A stretch of 30,748 bases of DNA, from IMG/VR virus record IMGVR_UViG_3300027813_003349, positions 1-30,748 of that record; one strand, 5' to 3'. Numbering within the stretch: the first letter of the stretch is position 1; each line of letters opens with the position of its first letter. This DNA comes from a virus (Duplodnaviria; Caudoviricetes). The translations under genes were made by a program, and so were the position numbers. Under the pieces are notes generated by a model. That model was not told the origin of the DNA and ran no database searches. It saw only the letters and a program-made list of their open reading frames with translations. Positions 26,189-30,748 of the stretch are shown piece by piece.

Positions 26189-27318
26189 GGTGTTGCCCAC
26201 CCATCATCTCCATATGGATTTGGAACATTACTCTCAATATGTTTTTCCTTTTTGAATACAAAGATAGGTTCATACTTTGTACCTGAACCATCACCAGCTC
26301 GGGCCATGGTAGATAAATTTAATCTAAGTGTGTTGATATGACTATAACCTATTTTTTCTGCTATTTCTAAAGTACCGTTTTCAATATTTTTCCCACTCGA
26401 AGTGTTCGCTATATTCAATAATAAGTATCCATTTACTTTCGTAGAATCAAAAGTATTTTGTAAAGTTTGAAATAAAAATCCATTTATCCATTCTTGTTCT
26501 GTTGGAAATTTAATATAACTTTGAGTTGGTTCATCTGCATACTTTTCAGTATTAAAATATGGTGGTGAAGTGAAACATAAATCCACTTTTTCCTTTGGTC
26601 TAAATACTTCACTGCCAAGACAATGTAATTCTACTTCCTTACCAAGATAACTAAACTCATCTTTAATCTTATTCAATCCCTCAAATGTTTTTGTTGAAGG
26701 TTCTGTACCAATATACTTTTTAATTCTTTTAGATGAAAGTGCGCCTAACAATCTTCCACCCCAACCACAACTCATATCCCAAGTTACACCATCTCCACCA
26801 TAAGTTTCATAAATATATTTTGCAGCAGTAGGACGAAAGTTAGATACAGTTTGTGTTCCACCATATATCTTTATGTTCTGTCTGAATCTATTCCCTGTCC
26901 AATGTGGTTTATCACTATGATTGTAATGCCATTTAATTGTCTTCTTTATAACCTCTTTCAACTTGTCATCATTGTGGAAATTTTCCATTGGTGTGGTTTT
27001 TGCATTACCACAAGGAACTTCCCAAAATTGTGGAAAATAACTCCAAGCCAATCTCAACCCATTCATAGTTTGAGTTATCTCATCACCTTCAAGAATTTGT
27101 TCGTGTTTAAAATTCTGTAATTTTCTTATCTGTTCGTGTTTCTCTTCTTCACGAATTGTGTAATGTGGGAATCCATTCTTTCTATAATACTTAAAGATAA
27201 TATCAACTGCATCTTCTATTTCAAGTTTCTCTAAACTACTACATACCTTATGATAATCTAAAGATAACTTATCTTCATCAAGAAATTTACTCAATACATT
27301 ATAGTCTACAGAACTCAC
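26185..27318 (-). CDS. DNA amino-methyltransferase (N4-C/N6-A), copy 1
   Basis: WDMSCGWGGRL (motif I) before FTSPPYF (motif IV). Confidence 0.83.
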   Translation of the reverse strand: MSSVDYNVLSKFLDEDKLSLDYHKVCSSLEKLEIEDAVDIIFKYYRKNGFPHYTIREEEKHEQIRKLQNFKHEQILEGDEITQTMNGLRLAWSYFPQFWEVPCGNAKTTPMENFHNDDKLKEVIKKTIKWHYNHSDKPHWTGNRFRQNIKIYGGTQTVSNFRPTAAKYIYETYGGDGVTWDMSCGWGGRLLGALSSKRIKKYIGTEPSTKTFEGLNKIKDEFSYLGKEVELHCLGSEVFRPKEKVDLCFTSPPYFNTEKYADEPTQSYIKFPTEQEWINGFLFQTLQNTFDSTKVNGYLLLNIANTSSGKNIENGTLEIAEKIGYSHINTLRLNLSTMARAGDGSGTKYEPIFVFKKEKHIESNVPNPYGDDGWATP

Positions 27319-27500
27319 CCCAAGTTCTCATACATATCATGTACCTTTTTATCATAAAATTCTTTTCTTTTCGTTTCACGATATCGTGCACGAGCTTTGG
27401 ATTTTATCTTATCAGCATTTCGTATATAATGTTCCATTTGCCATCTTTTTTGGGCTTCTTGTTTTTCTTTTTTTGTTTTATATTTAATTTTTCTACCCAT
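27315..27500 (-). CDS. small basic helical protein
   Basis: 61 aa, K/R-rich, overlapping both neighbours. Confidence 0.65.
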   Translation of the reverse strand: MGRKIKYKTKKEKQEAQKRWQMEHYIRNADKIKSKARARYRETKRKEFYDKKVHDMYENLG

Positions 27501-28551
27501 GTGATTTCTCCGCCATGAAGTTTAATCTATTAAATGTTGTTGTTATCCAACTATTTAAATTAGGTAGTGCTGTGTATAACTTATCTTCCAAAAACATTTT
27601 TTGAAATTTATGTTTAATAATTCTTTGGATTGGTTGTTCTAATTGATTCTTAACTCTTAACTTTGAACTACCAGACATAATACCATCTGTTAAATCCATA
27701 AGTTTTTTATTTAAATGTAATTGTTCTTCTGAATCACTTATTATTTCACATACTTTATATTTGTCTTTATTTACTTGAGAACTCTTCAATATATCTTCTA
27801 TTGTAATTTCATGTGGTGATTCAAGAAATGGAAACACTTTCAATAATGTTTTTAATCCTGCCCCTTTTATTCCTGGTATACCATCTGATTTATCACCATC
27901 CAATATTCTATACAATAAAAAGTTTTTAGAATTGACTCCATATTCATTTAAGATTCTCTCTTCATCATACATTAATTTTTTTGTAGGTGAATAGACTTTG
28001 ATATTTTCATCAACTAATTGTAGAAAATCTTTATCAGTTGACATTATAGTAGATTTTGAATCTTTGAATAAATGTTTAGCACAATATCCAATCACATCAT
28101 CTGCTTCTATGTTTTCTATAGTGGTAATGGTTAAAGGTAAACACTCAAGATATTCAATTACTCTATTTAATTGAGCAATCATCATCTTGTGTTCATCTCC
28201 ACGAGTAAGAGAAACTCCAGTAGTTCTATTTAAACGGATTGACATTTTCCTACCCATTTTATACTCTGGAAATATTTTCCTACGGCGGCTAGACCCGCCC
28301 TTACCATCAAATACTATGATGACACGGGTGGGTCTTACCATATTAATAGTATAACCAATTGACCTTAAAAAACCAACTATTCCACCAATGTGGATCCCGT
28401 CCTCATTAGTAGTCGGTATAGCGGAAAAAACTCTAATAAAAGTGTTTAATCCATCAATCAATAAAACCGAGTCATTTGGTTCACCACTATCAACCTTTCC
28501 GCCAGATTTTTTTATCTCTTCAAGTATAGATAAGTGTTTCTGATTAATCAC
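27493..28551 (-). CDS. 5'-3' exonuclease / flap endonuclease (T4 RNase H-like)
   Basis: LIDGLN, VFDG, EYK, EADD, STDKDF and GDKSDGIPGIKGAG motifs; likely GTG start at 28551. Confidence 0.92.
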   Translation of the reverse strand: MINQKHLSILEEIKKSGGKVDSGEPNDSVLLIDGLNTFIRVFSAIPTTNEDGIHIGGIVGFLRSIGYTINMVRPTRVIIVFDGKGGSSRRRKIFPEYKMGRKMSIRLNRTTGVSLTRGDEHKMMIAQLNRVIEYLECLPLTITTIENIEADDVIGYCAKHLFKDSKSTIMSTDKDFLQLVDENIKVYSPTKKLMYDEERILNEYGVNSKNFLLYRILDGDKSDGIPGIKGAGLKTLLKVFPFLESPHEITIEDILKSSQVNKDKYKVCEIISDSEEQLHLNKKLMDLTDGIMSGSSKLRVKNQLEQPIQRIIKHKFQKMFLEDKLYTALPNLNSWITTTFNRLNFMAEKSHG

Positions 28552-29644
28552 CGATGACCTCATCTGTGAATTCTACATCATCAATACCAAGTTTTTCTTG
28601 ATATTTTAATATAACCTTATCACAAATGATTTGATACACATATTCTTTTATTTCATCGTTACTCGTAATTAACTCTTCCCAATCTTTAGATAAGAATTTA
28701 TGTTCTTTACCTTTTGCATCTGTGAGAGTGTACCATGCACCACCTGATTTAACTAACTTATGTTCTTTAAGTACAGTTAACCATGCACCATAATTATCTA
28801 TTCCTCTATCGAAGTACATATCATAATCGGCATGTCTTAATGGTGGCCCTAATCTATTCTTGACAATCTGAGCTCTACACTTCATTCCCAATACATTTTT
28901 ATCTGTATCTTTGATTTGCCCCATATTCTTTAAACGAATACGAGTTGAAGCGTGAAATGGTAATGCTTTTCCACCACTTGTAGTCCACGGGTCTCCGAAC
29001 ATTACTCCGAGTTTTTGTCTTAATTGGTTGGTAAATATTAAAGCAATTTTCTCTCTACCAATCATTTGGGTAATCTTCCTCATAGCCTTCGAGATGATAA
29101 TTGCTTTGGCTGTTGCCCAACCATCTTTATTAAAGTCCGCTTCCAACTCTACTTTCGTAGTAGCTCCTGCAAGTGAATCAACCATAATTGTTACCAATCT
29201 ATTTTTATCTGATTCACGAACTTTTGTTACGATTTCTTCAATCGCTTCAAAGATATCTTCTACGGTTTCTAAATGTAAATATAACATCTTACTCATATCA
29301 ACACCTATTACTTCCAAAAACTCTTGTGAAACTGAAGTCTCTGTATCTATATAGACAGCGATTCCATCTTTCTTTTGAGTTTCTGATAATATGTGGGCAC
29401 CAAGTAGAGATTTTCCACTTGATTCTAATCCATTGATTTCTGTAATTCTACCAACTGCAATTCCACCATCTGGTCTATTTGATATAGCCAAATCTAACAT
29501 GGAACTACCAGTAGAAATAAAATCTTTGATATCGGTAGGTGTTGTATCCGTACCATCAAGAAAGTATGCTACTTTAGTATCTTTGAATTTTTTATTTAGT
29601 GAGTCGGCTAATGTTCTAGCCAACACATCATGTACTGATGACAT
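28544..29644 (-). CDS. uvsX: RecA/UvsX-like recombinase
   Basis: GRITEINGLESSGKS, YIDTE, VDSLA, NQLR, GGKALPF and KNR motifs. Confidence 0.92.
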   Translation of the reverse strand: MSSVHDVLARTLADSLNKKFKDTKVAYFLDGTDTTPTDIKDFISTGSSMLDLAISNRPDGGIAVGRITEINGLESSGKSLLGAHILSETQKKDGIAVYIDTETSVSQEFLEVIGVDMSKMLYLHLETVEDIFEAIEEIVTKVRESDKNRLVTIMVDSLAGATTKVELEADFNKDGWATAKAIIISKAMRKITQMIGREKIALIFTNQLRQKLGVMFGDPWTTSGGKALPFHASTRIRLKNMGQIKDTDKNVLGMKCRAQIVKNRLGPPLRHADYDMYFDRGIDNYGAWLTVLKEHKLVKSGGAWYTLTDAKGKEHKFLSKDWEELITSNDEIKEYVYQIICDKVILKYQEKLGIDDVEFTDEVIGD

Positions 29645-29664
29645 TTATTTCTCCTATCAATAAT

Positions 29665-29734
29665 GTAATTGGGTGGTTAGGCGTACAATAACAGCCAACT
29701 CTGGTCTTCAATCTGTAGACTGCCACCCAAGTAC
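29665..29734 (-). other. structured intergenic element (predicted three-way junction RNA)
   Basis: Outer stem GUAC-UUGGGUGG/CCACCCAA-UUAC enclosing two inner hairpins. Confidence 0.5.
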
Positions 29735-29745
29735 GGGGTTCTTAT

Positions 29746-30507
29746 TTATGAATTAAATAGATCATCGAAAGCATCTGATGTATTAGATACTTTAGACTTT
29801 TCCAATTCGGATGAAACAACAGTATCTACTTTAGTAGTAGATTCCTCTTCTTTTGCATCTTCTTTTGGATTCAACCATTCATTCAAAATCTCTGTCATAT
29901 CATCATATGACAATTCTTGATAGATTTCTGTAATGTCCTGTTGTTTCTTTACGACCTCTAAGACTGCTGGATCATCAGAAATAGGTGTTTGATTTGGTTT
30001 AACCCTAATATTTGTTTTAGGGAAACTTGCACCTGTTTCTTCAGCTGATAGGAATTCTACCACGACATCACGACCATTTACTGAGTCTGTGATATCACCA
30101 TAATCTGGGTCAGCAATAATGGAAAGCAACTCTTGATAAACCGTTTTACCAAAACCCCAAAACTTCACACCTTGTTTTTCCTCACCTCTAACTATTACTG
30201 GAGCAAAAGTTCTCATTTTAGCTTCCAACTTTCGAGAAAGTTGATAGTCTTCTTTACTACCACTTCCTCTTAGTTTTTGAGCAAACTCTTCAATAGGGTC
30301 TGGTCTACCAAAAGAAATTGGTGAAAGATAAGAACGGTTGTTCAAATTGTAGTGAAAGAATAACTCGATAAAAGGATTATCTTTATTAAAAGCGTAAGGT
30401 ACGATTCTAATTTGTGTTTTTCCTGGTTGTGGTTTCCAAAGACTGGAAGTTCGAGTGTTTGTGGTTTGTAACTGATTTAAGCGTTTTTTAATTGCATTTA
30501 AGTCCAT
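29746..30507 (-). CDS. single-stranded DNA-binding protein, T4 gp32-like
   Basis: LWKP..GK..IRIVP, PF, DPI, VKFWGFGK.VY, DITD...GRD and acidic tail ending FDDLFNS. Confidence 0.88.
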   Translation of the reverse strand: MDLNAIKKRLNQLQTTNTRTSSLWKPQPGKTQIRIVPYAFNKDNPFIELFFHYNLNNRSYLSPISFGRPDPIEEFAQKLRGSGSKEDYQLSRKLEAKMRTFAPVIVRGEEKQGVKFWGFGKTVYQELLSIIADPDYGDITDSVNGRDVVVEFLSAEETGASFPKTNIRVKPNQTPISDDPAVLEVVKKQQDITEIYQELSYDDMTEILNEWLNPKEDAKEEESTTKVDTVVSSELEKSKVSNTSDAFDDLFNS

Positions 30508-30623
30508 TGTTTAACTCCTTATGTATTATTTATTATTTTTCATTTGTTAATCAAGTGTAACCTTGATACAATAATAAGTATCATATCAATAGCTTAAAAT
30601 GTGATCTATTTTAATTAGATCAA

Positions 30624-30694
30624 AAAAAAAAGGTTCATTTCGTTTTTAAGTCTATCATAAGTGGAAACTAAAAATCGGTGAGAACCTTTTTTTT
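30624..30694. terminator. long imperfect hairpin flanked by A- and T-tracts (possible bidirectional terminator)
   Basis: A8GGTTC...GAACCT8 outer stem with additional inner pairing. Confidence 0.5.
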
Positions 30695-30748
30695 AAATTT
30701 TGGAAATTTTAGGGAATGTAGGATTTGCATACCTACAACTTTCTGCTC

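Noticed and set aside
17150-26200. Inteins, introns or stop-codon reassignment in the polymerase, reductase or helicase
   Set aside because: Lengths are normal, motifs are contiguous, and TAA, TAG and TGA all end genes in this window
345-29663. All plus-strand ORFs and the short nested minus-strand ORFs in the track (e.g. 1907-2239, 17565-17861, 22310-22612, 29028-29354, 15101-15310, 19899-20081)
   Set aside because: They lie inside well-supported minus-strand genes, lack recognisable motifs, and look like shadow frames
29679-29694. Short resemblance of CUGUUAUUGUACGCCU to SAM-V riboswitch sequence as I recall it
   Set aside because: The matching 5' P1 strand and the 3' A-rich pseudoknot strand are absent; likely coincidental
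1-30748. Cellular (bacterial or archaeal) origin suggested by PolB, RFC-like, AmpG and TonB genes
   Set aside because: The gp32/UvsX/gp41/gp43/gp45/gp44/gp62 gene set, dense single-strand packing and absence of housekeeping genes point to a large phage

Overview
AT-rich window in which essentially all real genes lie on the minus strand. It is the DNA replication and nucleotide metabolism region of a large T4-like (gp32/UvsX/gp41/gp43/gp45/gp44/gp62-type) bacteriophage. The host is probably a Gram-negative FCB-group bacterium, inferred from a TonB-dependent receptor with an N-terminal carboxypeptidase-regulatory-like domain. In transcription order (right to left): ssDNA-binding protein, RecA/UvsX, 5'-3' exonuclease, amino-methyltransferase 1, DnaB-like helicase, class II (B12-dependent) ribonucleotide reductase, TonB-dependent receptor, family B polymerase, sliding clamp, amino-methyltransferase 2 and clamp loader large subunit. 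A ~9.8 kb block of tailoring enzymes follows: two radical SAM proteins, a class II aaRS-like amino acid ligase fused to a GNAT, two sulfotransferases, a PIG-L deacetylase, a circularly permuted ATP-grasp fused to a Hint-like domain, a QueC-like PP-loop ATPase, an AmpG-family permease and a 2OG-Fe(II) oxygenase. After it come the clamp loader small subunit, ClpP, a nucleotide-modification-associated protein, an unannotated 32-aa membrane peptide, UDP-glucose dehydrogenase, a PD-(D/E)XK nuclease, a SLOG protein and an RHH-like protein. The best candidate for an undescribed system is the tailoring block that splits the clamp loader genes. Several structured intergenic elements and a duplicated phage promoter were also seen. 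All calls come from reading motifs by eye; no database searches were run.
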